A DNA stretch of 41,829 nt from Candidatus Nomurabacteria bacterium (GCA_029288725.1 JARIGS010000016.1:1-41829), one strand, 5' to 3'. Positions 18,181 to 27,777 are shown, numbered from the stretch's first letter. Notes: a model not told the origin generated them from the letters alone. Translations and numbers: made by a program.

Positions 18181-19635
18181 TTATTCCTTAACTAGGAATT
18201 TCTGGAGCAATCCTCCGTGCTCAGTGACATAGGCGCGGATTTTGCGGCGGGCCATGGTGGTCTTGGCATAGTCCAGCCATTTGTTGGAAGGCTTGGCATT
18301 CTTACTGGTGATGATTTCGACGATGTCGCCATTTTGAAGCTTGGCACCAAGCGGTACCATCTTGCCGTTCACGCGGGCAGAGCTGGTACTGTTGCCGACA
18401 ACGGAGTGAATGGCATATGAGAAATCAATCGGACTGGCATCTTCCGGTAGGTCGATCACGTCACCCTTTGGCGTGAAGACGAAGATGCGGTTCTTGAACA
18501 GGTCATGATTGAGCTGTTCTAGGAAACGACTGGGGTTTTTTACGACGCCTTGCAATTCACGCAATTCATCCAGCCATCCTAGTTTTTTGCTTGCTGGCAC
18601 AGCGTTCTTATTTTCTTTGTACAAAAAGTGCGATGCCACACCCATTTCCGCCTCATTGTTCATTGCATAGGTACGGATTTGGATTTCCACAATACCGTAT
18701 TCCGTTACGACCGTAGTGTGAATGGACTGATAACCGTTTGGCTTCGGCAATGCGATGTAGTCCTTGATACGGCCAGGAATCGGCTTCCATAGCATGTGCA
18801 CCAAGCCCAAGACCTGATAGCAGTCTGCAACCGTTTCCACCTGCACGCGCAATGCCACGATGTCATAGATGCGATCAATATCCATTTGGTATTTCAATAA
18901 TTTGCGATACAGACTGAAGAGATGCTTCACACGGGAATCGACGGCCGGATTTTTGATTGAAAATTCCGTGAGGGTTTTTTGGATACTAGTATGAACTTCC
19001 TGAATGGTCTTCTGGGCTTCCGGCATGCGGCGATCATAGAGCTGTTTGGTCTGGGCGTATTCCTTTGGATAGGCAAACGGGAAGGCATAGTCCTCAAGCA
19101 TGCCCTTGAGCTTTCCCATACCGAGACGACCGGCCAATGCTGCATGAACGGCAATAGTTTCAACGGCAATGCGAACCTGTTTGTCAGGACGGACGTGTTT
19201 CAAGGTCTGAATATTGTGCAGGCGGTCGGCAAGCTTGATGATGAGCACGCGCAGGTCCTCTGACATCGCCACGAAGAACTTGCGCATACTTTCGACATGG
19301 CGTTCCTGGCCCTGGTATTTCAGTTTGCCGAGCTTGGTCACGCCTTTGACCAAGAATAGAATATTTTCACCAAACTGCTCGCGGATTTCTTCCTCGGTGG
19401 CATCCGTGTCTTCCAGGGTGTCATGCAACAGTCCACCAACGATAGTTTCAACATCCATACCCAGTGAGGCACAGTTTTTACCGACTGCAAAAACGTGCAC
19501 GAAATACGGTTCACCGCTATTGCGTTTCTGAGTCTCGTGCTTTGATCGGGCAAAGTCATACGCCCGCTGGATAAGCCCGCGTTGTTCTTCGCTCAGTGGA
19601 TAAGTTATAAGTGCAAACAATTCATCGATTTCCAT
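18181..19635 (-). CDS. rel: RelA/SpoT homologue (HD-SYNTH-TGS, no ACT domain)
   Basis: HDTLED, KLADRLHN, RVKH..S, DIVALR, KPNGYQSIH, EIQIRT, VFTPKGD. Confidence 0.93.
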   Translation of the reverse strand: MEIDELFALITYPLSEEQRGLIQRAYDFARSKHETQKRNSGEPYFVHVFAVGKNCASLGMDVETIVGGLLHDTLEDTDATEEEIREQFGENILFLVKGVTKLGKLKYQGQERHVESMRKFFVAMSEDLRVLIIKLADRLHNIQTLKHVRPDKQVRIAVETIAVHAALAGRLGMGKLKGMLEDYAFPFAYPKEYAQTKQLYDRRMPEAQKTIQEVHTSIQKTLTEFSIKNPAVDSRVKHLFSLYRKLLKYQMDIDRIYDIVALRVQVETVADCYQVLGLVHMLWKPIPGRIKDYIALPKPNGYQSIHTTVVTEYGIVEIQIRTYAMNNEAEMGVASHFLYKENKNAVPASKKLGWLDELRELQGVVKNPSRFLEQLNHDLFKNRIFVFTPKGDVIDLPEDASPIDFSYAIHSVVGNSTSSARVNGKMVPLGAKLQNGDIVEIITSKNAKPSNKWLDYAKTTMARRKIRAYVTEHGGLLQKFLVKE

Positions 19636-19660
19636 AGTGTTCTATTACTATAGCGCACGA

Positions 19661-19691
19661 TAAAAAAACCGCCAATGATGGCGGGCTTTTT
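19661..19691 (-). terminator. terminator after topA
   Basis: CCGCCA-ATGA-TGGCGG flanked by A and T runs. Confidence 0.6.
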
Positions 19692-21900
19692 ATTTTGTAT
19701 CAACCTTCACTTTCTTTTGAAATCCTCGCGGTTTCTTTTCCTGTGCCAGAAGTTCTTGAGCCTGTGCAAGGGTAATGTCATAGACATTCAATGGTGGTTT
19801 GATGGAACGGAAGTTGCCGTCACACGCAACGTAGGGACCGAAGCGGCCGTTGTTTGCGGTGATGTCAGCACCGGTCTTTGGATCCTGTCCAAGAGTGCGG
19901 GGAATGGAAAGGTATTTCGTTGCCATAGCGACGGTGACGGTCGTTGGATCAACTTCTTTGGGGATGCTTGCCATGCGGGGCTTCACCTGTTTCTTGCCCT
20001 TGATCTTTGGCGGCATTTCACCAAGCTGGACATACGGGCCGAAGCGTCCAATCATGGTGAATATTGGTAGGCCGCTTTCGGGATCGATACCGATCGGTTC
20101 ATCCTTCTTGATTTCCAATCCATCGATCGTTAATGCGCCGTCACATTCAGGATAGCGATCGCAGGAGAGGAACTTGCCGCCACGGCCCAGCTTCACAATC
20201 ATGCCACTGCCGCACTTTGGACATTTGTACTTGTCATCAGCTTTTTCAAGAATAGTAGCCTTATCAAGCTTTTGCTTTTCTTTCACCTCCTTGAGAAATG
20301 GGGTGTAAAATTCGGATAATACTTTCTTGTATTTTAATTCGCCATTGGCAATCTCATCCAGTTTGTCTTCCATTTCGGCGGTGAAAGTATCGCTGATATA
20401 GTGCATAAAGTTCTGTTCGAGGAAACTTGAAACCACCTCGCCGGTATCAGTCGGCTTCAATGAGCGTCCAACTTTTTCTACATAGCCACGGTCTTCAATG
20501 GTTTTCATGATGGAGGCATAGGTAGAAGGACGGCCAATACCACGGGCTTCCAATTCCTTCACCAATCCAGCTTCGGAATAGCGATTTGGTGGTTCGGTCT
20601 GCTTGGCAATGTCTTCGAGCGAAAGCAGTGTCAGCGGCTCGCCTTTGGTGAGAGCAGGCAGCTCAACGTCCTCACCGCGCGCAGCTTCATCAACGGTGAG
20701 CCAGCCAGGGAAAAGTACTTGACTACCAGTCACGGTGAAATCAGGAATACTGTCAGAAGCAACGTTGCCGACAACGCGAGTCTTCAGTACTTTTGCATCA
20801 GCCATTTGAGAGGCAACGGTGCGTTCCCAGATGAGACGATAGAGCTTTTTTTGTTCCTCGGTCATGCCGAGTGATTCCTTTTCAACATGGGTAGGACGAA
20901 TAGCTTCATGGGCTTCTTGGGCATTTTTTGCCTTAGTTTTGTAAGTCCGTGTTTCCAAATAGTCCTTGCCGAATTTTTTCAGCACTAATGCACTGATACC
21001 TTGGACTGCGATGTCAGACAGGGTGGTTGAGTCGGTACGCATATACGTGATATGGCCGGCTTCATAGAGCTTCTGAGCAACCTGCATGGTGCGGGCCGGA
21101 GAAAATGACAAGCGGGAACTGGCAGCCTGCTGCAAGGTAGAAGTAGTGAACGGTGCCTTAGGAGAGCGTTTCTGCTCGGTTTCCTTGATGTCCTTTACCA
21201 GCCATGCTTCCTTGTTGGCAATGCCGATAATGCGATCAACTTCCTTTTTGTCACGAGGCTCCTCAACACAAGTAAGCACTAGCTCCGCCTTAGAAGCGGT
21301 TTTCACTTTTGCCTGAAGCACCCAGTAATCTTCAGGAATAAATGCCCGGATTTCTCGCTCACGCTCTACTAAGATACGGAGGGCAGGAGACTGGACGCGA
21401 CCAGCAGACAGGCCATAGCGAACCTTTTGCCAGATGATGCCGGAAAGGTCATAGCCAACGAGACGGTCAAGAACGCGGCGGGCTTCCTGGGCCTGGCGAA
21501 GATCAGTATCAATCTTACGAGGATGGTGCAATGCCTCAGTCACGGCTTCCTTGGTGATCTCGTTAAAGGTCACGCGGCTAATTGGCGCCTTGACCTTCTT
21601 GTCTTCCTTCAGCAATGACTCAATGTGCCAGGCAATAGCTTCTCCTTCGCGGTCCGGGTCGGGTGCGAGAATAATCTCCTTGGCTTTTTCTGCCAGGGCC
21701 TGCAGTTCACTTACGACCCTCTCTTTTCCTTTGCTAATTTCATAGTGAGGAATAAAACCGCCCTCGATGTCGATGGCTTTTTTATTTGACTTCGGCAAGT
21801 CGCGAACATGTCCAACGGAAGCGCGTACGGTGTACGCGCCTTCAAGATATTTCTCGATCGTTTTTGCTTTTGATGGTGATTCGACAATTAATAATTTCAT
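19690..21900 (-). CDS. topA: DNA topoisomerase I
   Basis: IVESPSK, DPDREGE, SAGRVQS, ITYMRTD, AHEAIRP, GIGRPST; one Zn ribbon plus two GRFGPYV repeats. Confidence 0.97.
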   Translation of the reverse strand: MKLLIVESPSKAKTIEKYLEGAYTVRASVGHVRDLPKSNKKAIDIEGGFIPHYEISKGKERVVSELQALAEKAKEIILAPDPDREGEAIAWHIESLLKEDKKVKAPISRVTFNEITKEAVTEALHHPRKIDTDLRQAQEARRVLDRLVGYDLSGIIWQKVRYGLSAGRVQSPALRILVEREREIRAFIPEDYWVLQAKVKTASKAELVLTCVEEPRDKKEVDRIIGIANKEAWLVKDIKETEQKRSPKAPFTTSTLQQAASSRLSFSPARTMQVAQKLYEAGHITYMRTDSTTLSDIAVQGISALVLKKFGKDYLETRTYKTKAKNAQEAHEAIRPTHVEKESLGMTEEQKKLYRLIWERTVASQMADAKVLKTRVVGNVASDSIPDFTVTGSQVLFPGWLTVDEAARGEDVELPALTKGEPLTLLSLEDIAKQTEPPNRYSEAGLVKELEARGIGRPSTYASIMKTIEDRGYVEKVGRSLKPTDTGEVVSSFLEQNFMHYISDTFTAEMEDKLDEIANGELKYKKVLSEFYTPFLKEVKEKQKLDKATILEKADDKYKCPKCGSGMIVKLGRGGKFLSCDRYPECDGALTIDGLEIKKDEPIGIDPESGLPIFTMIGRFGPYVQLGEMPPKIKGKKQVKPRMASIPKEVDPTTVTVAMATKYLSIPRTLGQDPKTGADITANNGRFGPYVACDGNFRSIKPPLNVYDITLAQAQELLAQEKKPRGFQKKVKVDTK

Positions 21901-21962
21901 AATGAGTGTATGCAGTAGTACCATGCATGCAATTATTTAGCAAATAATCGCTATGCTTCATT

Positions 21963-22859
21963 CTATATAATGCGTTCAATTAATCCGTATGTTTCTCGGA
22001 TTGCTCCTTTTATTTCCAGTGTTGAAAAAGCAATGCTGGCGGCAACAATATCAAGCGATAAGGTTTCAACCAATGTTTCCTTGGATTGAGGCATTCGTAG
22101 GGCATTGATGATCAGTTGTTCAGTCTCATTCAATATAATAGAGCCGCCTTCGCTCTGCTGAGCTTCGGCGCCCCAAAGGGGGAGTGTGCCAGGAAGAGTA
22201 AAATGTAATTCCTCAATAATATCGGTGGGGTTGGTAATAGGAATGGCGCCAAGCTTGAGCAGCCAGTTGGCCCCGACCGAAGTGGGGGAAGTGACGGGGC
22301 CGGGGACTGCACCGACGCTCTTATTGTATTCGGTGGCCAGACGGGCAGTGATCAGCGTACCAGATTTTTCCTCCGCCTCTATAATAATAGTCATGCTGGC
22401 AATGCCTGCCTCAAGACGGTTGCGTTGGGGAAACATCCAGGTCATACCACGAATGTCGTGATCGAACTCACTGAGCAATGCGCCGCCGCTTTCCAGAATT
22501 CTTTTGGCTAAGGTGCGATGCTGGCCGGGATAGATCGCGTCTTCGGCTAGGCCTGATCCGGGAAAGGCAATGGTTGGTAGCCCCGCTTCAAGTGCCGCTT
22601 GGTGAGCGATGGCATCAATGCCGATTGCCAAACCGGAAACAATCGTGACGGGGTAGTCCCGCAGTCCCTTGATCAGCATCTCGCAGACTTGCTTGCCGTA
22701 ACTGGAATAGTTTCGTGATCCGACCACCGTGATCAGGGTCGTGCCCACAATGCGATCAAGTGAGCCGCGCATATGCAAGGTCATCGGGGGCTGAGGAATC
22801 TCCTGCAATTGCGGAAAGTGCTCAGCCACTGTAATTGTCTTGATCGGAAAATCTTCCAT
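21963..22859 (-). CDS. dprA: DNA-processing protein DprA
   Basis: VVGSR, VSGLAIGID, FPQRNR, SGTLITA, AVPG. Confidence 0.95.
   Translation of the reverse strand: MEDFPIKTITVAEHFPQLQEIPQPPMTLHMRGSLDRIVGTTLITVVGSRNYSSYGKQVCEMLIKGLRDYPVTIVSGLAIGIDAIAHQAALEAGLPTIAFPGSGLAEDAIYPGQHRTLAKRILESGGALLSEFDHDIRGMTWMFPQRNRLEAGIASMTIIIEAEEKSGTLITARLATEYNKSVGAVPGPVTSPTSVGANWLLKLGAIPITNPTDIIEELHFTLPGTLPLWGAEAQQSEGGSIILNETEQLIINALRMPQSKETLVETLSLDIVAASIAFSTLEIKGAIRETYGLIERII
22144..22176 (+). repeat. in-frame palindromic insertion in dprA (WGAEAQQSEGG on the coding strand)
   Basis: CCGCCTTCGCTCTGCTGAGCTTCGGCGCCCCAA. Confidence 0.65.
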
Positions 22860-22945
22860 GACCACAGTATTGCATAATGGGTATCAAGAATATTTAAAGT
22901 TCACCTTAAGATTTTCTTTATCACCAAATTGCTACACTGCTGCCT

Positions 22946-23290
22946 ATGCCAGAAAAAGAAGATTTTGAAGAGATAAAACTGAATGCAGAAAATAATTACA
23001 AGAGTGTTGTTGAAGTATATTGTCCCTATTTTAAGGAAAAAATAGTTTTTAATTCAGAAGGTTTGGAACATTTAAAATTTAAACGTCATGAAAAGCCACG
23101 ATCGGAACAAGAACAACACATGCGATTCAAATTACTCGGCTTAGCTCCCGAGGTAATACGATCATCGCACACATTGCAGGGCTTGCGAGAAATAAGAAAA
23201 TTTGAACGCATGCGTAATATTCCGTTTTGGAGAATTAGTAAAAAAACTGGTACACGGTTATTTTTTGAAGGAAATCCTGATGAAGATTAG
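22946..23290 (+). CDS. putative BECR/RelE-like nuclease-fold protein, possibly internally deleted
   Basis: VYCPYF.E.I.FNSEGLEHL, R.KLL..A; AT-rich; family call from motif resemblance only. Confidence 0.5.
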   Translation: MPEKEDFEEIKLNAENNYKSVVEVYCPYFKEKIVFNSEGLEHLKFKRHEKPRSEQEQHMRFKLLGLAPEVIRSSHTLQGLREIRKFERMRNIPFWRISKKTGTRLFFEGNPDED

Positions 23291-23293
23291 GAT

Positions 23294-23325
23294 ATAAAAA
23301 ATCCCTCGTACGAGGGATTTTTTAT
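23294..23325. terminator. bidirectional terminator (perfect 32-bp palindrome)
   Basis: ATAAAAAATCCCTCGTACGAGGGATTTTTTAT. Confidence 0.8.
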
Positions 23326-23379
23326 TAGGTGTTTGGCTACAGTATATAAACCGTGAGGGAGCGAACTCCCCAAACACCT
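23296..23379 (-). ncRNA. candidate ~84-nt structured small RNA
   Basis: TTGAGG-17bp-TAGTAT promoter (23386-23414); three-way junction with a UUCG hairpin; ends in the terminator. Confidence 0.6.
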
Positions 23380-23436
23380 TGGTACATACTAGCATAAGTT
23401 TAAAAAATCCTCAAAATACGCTATAGTAGAGCTACT

Positions 23437-24705
23437 ATGCTCGATATTAAATTCATTAAGGAAAATCCGGACATTATCAAGGAAGCAGTGCAGAAGAAAA
23501 ACGTGTCGCTGGATGTTGACTTGCTGTTGGCAGTAGAAGAAAAGCGCCGTGAGGCATTGGCGACATTTGAATCATTGCGCACCGAACAGCATGCATTGTC
23601 CGACAAGATTCCTCAGACCGCTGACGCGACTGAGCGTGCCCAGCTGATCGAAAGCCTGAAGCCGTTGAAGGAAAAAGTCCAGGAGGCCGAAGAGCATGTC
23701 CGCACGGTCATGAAGGAATGGCAGGGGCTGATGATTCAGGTGCCGAACATTCCCGACATGTCTGCGCCGATTGGCCCTGACGAAACGTTCAGCGTTGTGC
23801 AAAAGACCTGGGGAGAGAAGCCGGTCTTCTCATTTGAACCAAAGGATCACATCGACATCATGCTTGGACTCGACATCGTCGACTTCGAGCGCGGCGTGAA
23901 AGTTCATGGTTTTCGTGGATATTATTTGAAAGGTGATGGCGTGAAGCTGTGCTTTGCCATTTGGAATTACGCTATGGATTTCTGGACCAAGCGGGGATTC
24001 AATCCGGTCATGCCACCGATGATTACCAAGCGCGAGCCATTGATGGGCTGTGGCTTCATTCCTCAGGGCGAGGCTGACATTTACAAGAATCAGGACGATA
24101 CCTATCTCGTCGGTACTTCCGAAGTGGGGCTGATGGGCATGTACATGGATGAAGTCCTTCCAAAGGAACAATTGCCGATCAAGATGCTTGGCTTTTCACC
24201 GTGCTATCGCTTGGAAGCGGGCAGCTATAACAAGGATGTGAAAGGGCTTATTCGTGTCCATGAATTTTACAAGCTTGAGCAGGTAGTGTTGTGTGAAGCC
24301 TCTCACGAGGAAAGCGTGCAATGGCATGAGACCATGAACGAAAGCACGGAACAGTTCATCGAATCACTGGGTATTCCGTATCACACCCTCAATGCCTCAA
24401 CGGGTGACATGGGACTGGGCAAGGTCAAGATGTATGACATCGAGCTGTGGGTACCAAAGGAAGAAACCTATCGCGAGATTTCCTCAGCATCATATTTCCA
24501 TGATTTCCAAACCCGCCGTCTCGGTATTCGCTACAAGGACGCTGAAGGGAAGTTACGCTATGCTCACTCACTGAACTGTACTGCTATTCCGACACCGCGT
24601 ATTCTGGTCTCATTGGTAGAAAACTTCCAGGAAGCCGATGGCACTATCCGCATTCCCGAAGTGTTGCGTCCTTACATGAACAATCAGGAATACATCGGCA
24701 AGTAG
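23437..24705 (+). CDS. serS: serine--tRNA ligase
   Basis: MLDIKFI, VPNIP, GTSE, GLIRVHEF, EISSAS, HSLN.T. Confidence 0.97.
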   Translation: MLDIKFIKENPDIIKEAVQKKNVSLDVDLLLAVEEKRREALATFESLRTEQHALSDKIPQTADATERAQLIESLKPLKEKVQEAEEHVRTVMKEWQGLMIQVPNIPDMSAPIGPDETFSVVQKTWGEKPVFSFEPKDHIDIMLGLDIVDFERGVKVHGFRGYYLKGDGVKLCFAIWNYAMDFWTKRGFNPVMPPMITKREPLMGCGFIPQGEADIYKNQDDTYLVGTSEVGLMGMYMDEVLPKEQLPIKMLGFSPCYRLEAGSYNKDVKGLIRVHEFYKLEQVVLCEASHEESVQWHETMNESTEQFIESLGIPYHTLNASTGDMGLGKVKMYDIELWVPKEETYREISSASYFHDFQTRRLGIRYKDAEGKLRYAHSLNCTAIPTPRILVSLVENFQEADGTIRIPEVLRPYMNNQEYIGK

Positions 24706-24706
24706 T

Positions 24707-25564
24707 ATGTATGAACGGACCTATCACAAAACGGTTTTAAAACAGGAAGAAAAAGACGTCGACAAAAAAAACAGTCGGGGCAAAGCAGGCGCCCTACGCG
24801 AATGGAATTGGAAACTGATCATTGGCATTGTTAGTGCGGTGATCCTTCTTGTCGGAAGCGTGCTGCTCATTCGTGCGCCGCGTCTGCAGGTCCGGACTAT
24901 TGAAGTGAATGGTGCACATGTTGCTGATCCAGGGGATATTACAGAATTTGTGAACAGTCAGTTACAGGGAAATAAGCTCTTCATCTTACCCCGTAGCAGT
25001 ATTTTTCTTGCTCCTGAGCATGCTATAGAAAAAGCCCTTAAGGCGCAGTTTCCACGTTTGCAAACAGTGGAAGTTGATCGCAAGAATTTCTCCACCCTCA
25101 GCATCAATGTCACAGAATTCCAGGGCATGTACTTGTGGTGCACCGCTGATGCTGATTGTTACTTTATGGATCAGAATGGTATTGCCTTTGCCACTGCACC
25201 GTATTTCTCGGGTACTGCCTATCCGAAGATTTTTAATGGTACCGCTAGCACATTGCCATTTCAGGCGGTAACTGCTGATCAGCTCACGATGGTATCGCTG
25301 TTGCTGTCTCGTTTGCCAAGCCTTGGCATTGATCCAGCGGAATTTCACTTTGTTAGCGATCATGAGCTTGATGTCGATTTCAATCACGACGGTCATCAAG
25401 CCCAGCTCATATTTGATCCGACCAGCAATACTGCTGATGCACTGCAGGTGCTCTTTACCGGTTTGCGCACCAATCCGTTGGCGGGAAAGTTTCGTGATGC
25501 ATCACAAGTCCTGCAATATATCGATTTGCGTTTTTCTAACAGGATAGTATATAAGTTCCAATAG
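24707..25564 (+). CDS. FtsQ/DivIB-like cell division protein
   Basis: Single N-terminal TM, POTRA-like region, C-terminal YIDLRF. Confidence 0.75.
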   Translation: MYERTYHKTVLKQEEKDVDKKNSRGKAGALREWNWKLIIGIVSAVILLVGSVLLIRAPRLQVRTIEVNGAHVADPGDITEFVNSQLQGNKLFILPRSSIFLAPEHAIEKALKAQFPRLQTVEVDRKNFSTLSINVTEFQGMYLWCTADADCYFMDQNGIAFATAPYFSGTAYPKIFNGTASTLPFQAVTADQLTMVSLLLSRLPSLGIDPAEFHFVSDHELDVDFNHDGHQAQLIFDPTSNTADALQVLFTGLRTNPLAGKFRDASQVLQYIDLRFSNRIVYKFQ

Positions 25565-25565
25565 T

Positions 25566-26690
25566 ATGCATTTCTGGCAGACCCTACGGGAAAAAAGGAA
25601 AGTAAATGGTGCGCCATTCTTTTGTGTGGCACCGATGGCTGACGTGACTGATCCGGCATTTCGTCGGCTCATTGCCACGTATGGCAAACCCGCCTCGACT
25701 CGGGGCGACTCGTCGACGCGAGGCGGGCCGGACGTAATGTGGACCGAGTTCGTCTCGGCCAATGGTCTAATGAGTGCGGGCAGGGAAGTGTTGCAGCGTG
25801 ATTTGGTCTATGCCGAAATGGAACGACCGATTGTGGCGCAGCTCTTTTCTTCTGATCCGGAAAAAATGGAACAGGCTGCGCGATTGTGTGCAGAGCTTGG
25901 CTTCGACGGTATTGATATCAATATGGGCTGTCCTGATAAGACGATTGAAAAGCAGGGAGCAGGAGCGGGCATGATTAAGACACCAGAGGTTGCAGTAGCA
26001 ATCATTGCAGCGGCAAAGCGTGGGGCAGGAACTATCCCGGTATCGGTAAAGACCCGTGTTGGCTACAATGTTGCTGATATTGATAATTGGATTGCATTAC
26101 TCTTGCAACAGGATATTGCGGCTCTGACGGTCCACGCCCGTACACGCAAGGAATTATCAAAAGTGCCGGCTCATTGGGGCTACATCAAGCAAGTGGTGGC
26201 ATTGCGTGACAAGCTTGCACCGCAGACAGTCATTATTGGAAACGGTGACGTAACCAGTCTGGCAGACGGTGCTGCAAAAGCAGCGGCAAGTGGCTGTGAT
26301 GGCGTGATGGTAGGTCGTGCACTGTTTGGTAACCCCTGGTTCTTTGATGCGTCACGTCAAATTACTGCAACACTACCGAAAAAATCATTGCTGCAAAAAG
26401 TTCCCTTCATTGGAAAGTATATTGAGACCAAGCGTTCTGCTGCCCAGTCCGTATCGCGACCGATTACAGTGCAGGAACGATTGCAGGTCATGGTGGAGCA
26501 TACGAAACTGTTTGAGCAATTGCTCGGTGACGTCAAAAGTTTTTCCATTATGAAGAAGCACTATAAGGCCTACTGTACCGGCTTTGCCGGCGCCAAGGAA
26601 TTGCGCATGCAGCTGATGGACGAGGCAAAAAATGCCGCTGATGTGGAACAGATAACGAGGCAGTTTTTAGATAATTTTCTGCTACAATAG
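25566..26690 (+). CDS. dus: tRNA-dihydrouridine synthase
   Basis: APMADVTD, TEFVS, DINMGCP, VKTR, VHART, GNGDV, GVMVGR. Confidence 0.95.
   Translation: MHFWQTLREKRKVNGAPFFCVAPMADVTDPAFRRLIATYGKPASTRGDSSTRGGPDVMWTEFVSANGLMSAGREVLQRDLVYAEMERPIVAQLFSSDPEKMEQAARLCAELGFDGIDINMGCPDKTIEKQGAGAGMIKTPEVAVAIIAAAKRGAGTIPVSVKTRVGYNVADIDNWIALLLQQDIAALTVHARTRKELSKVPAHWGYIKQVVALRDKLAPQTVIIGNGDVTSLADGAAKAAASGCDGVMVGRALFGNPWFFDASRQITATLPKKSLLQKVPFIGKYIETKRSAAQSVSRPITVQERLQVMVEHTKLFEQLLGDVKSFSIMKKHYKAYCTGFAGAKELRMQLMDEAKNAADVEQITRQFLDNFLLQ
25689..25727 (+). repeat. in-frame palindromic insertion in dus (PASTRGDSSTRGG)
   Basis: CCCGCCTCG...CGAGGCGGG, 9-bp terminal inverted repeat, 39 bp. Confidence 0.8.
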
Positions 26691-26694
26691 AGCC

Positions 26695-27738
26695 ATGCAT
26701 GATCAGGTGTTGTATCGTAAATATCGTCCGGGAAGCTGGGAAGAAGTAGTGGGGCAGGAGCACATTGTTTCTGTGTTATCGCAGTCAATTGAAAGTGGTA
26801 ATTTCTCGCACGCGTATTTGTTTACTGGCAGTCGCGGTACGGGCAAGACCTCCGTTGCTCGTATTTTTGCCAAGGCCCTTGGGACAAATCCTGAGGACAT
26901 TACTGAGATAGATGCTGCCTCCAATCGCGGCATTGATGATATCCGGGCATTGCGCGAAGCAGTGCGCGTGTTGCCATTCTCCTCACGCTTCAAGGTCTAC
27001 ATCATTGATGAAGTCCATATGCTTTCGCGCGATGCATTCAATGCATTGCTCAAGACATTGGAGGAGCCACCAGCCCACTGTATTTTCATACTAGCAACAA
27101 CGGAGCTCGATAAGGTGCCAGAAACCATTCTTTCTCGCTGTCAGACATTTTCATTCCGCAAGCCGACTGAGCGCACCTTGGTTAAGGAAGTGGAGCGCAT
27201 TGCGGCTGAGGAAAAGGTAGTCATTGATGCCGACAGCGCGGCATTGGTAGCGTTTCTGGGTGACGGTTCATTCCGCGATACCTTGAGTATCTTGCAGAAA
27301 GTCTTTTCTGCCAGCAAGAATCGCGTCATTACCCGTGAGCTGACTGAGTCTGTCACTGGCGCACCGTCGCTCACTGTTATTCACGAGCTCTATGCGGCAC
27401 TGATTGCTCGAGACATTGATGCGTTATATAAAACCTTGGCAAGAGCGGAGGAGCATCACACTGATATGATGCTCTTGGCTCAGCTTTTGCTTGATACGAT
27501 GCGTTTGTCATTGAAATATCGCTATGCTCCAAGCAGCCGTGAGGAAATCGAGGCCAACTACTCTGAGCACTATGCCGAAGTGATCAAAAAGGGGGCGGTG
27601 GAAAATGCCGATGCTATTTCCTCCCGCGGTATTGTTGCTCTTATCACTGCCATCGAACGCATTGCCTATGCCTCTATTCCAACGCTGCCACTCGAACTGG
27701 CATTTATTGAAATGACCGGAGTAGAGCAGTCTTCGTAA
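26695..27738 (+). CDS. dnaX: DNA polymerase III subunit gamma/tau (short, no Zn module)
   Basis: LYRKYRP, GSRGTGKT, EIDAAS, IIDEVHM, LKTLEEPP, SRC. Confidence 0.95.
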   Translation: MHDQVLYRKYRPGSWEEVVGQEHIVSVLSQSIESGNFSHAYLFTGSRGTGKTSVARIFAKALGTNPEDITEIDAASNRGIDDIRALREAVRVLPFSSRFKVYIIDEVHMLSRDAFNALLKTLEEPPAHCIFILATTELDKVPETILSRCQTFSFRKPTERTLVKEVERIAAEEKVVIDADSAALVAFLGDGSFRDTLSILQKVFSASKNRVITRELTESVTGAPSLTVIHELYAALIARDIDALYKTLARAEEHHTDMMLLAQLLLDTMRLSLKYRYAPSSREEIEANYSEHYAEVIKKGAVENADAISSRGIVALITAIERIAYASIPTLPLELAFIEMTGVEQSS

Positions 27739-27746
27739 AAAAGAAA

Positions 27747-27777
27747 AAGGGTGTGTTCGCTTTGCGAACACACCCTT
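27747..27777. terminator. terminator hairpin
   Basis: AAGGGTGTGTTCGC-TTT-GCGAACACACCCTT. Confidence 0.75.
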
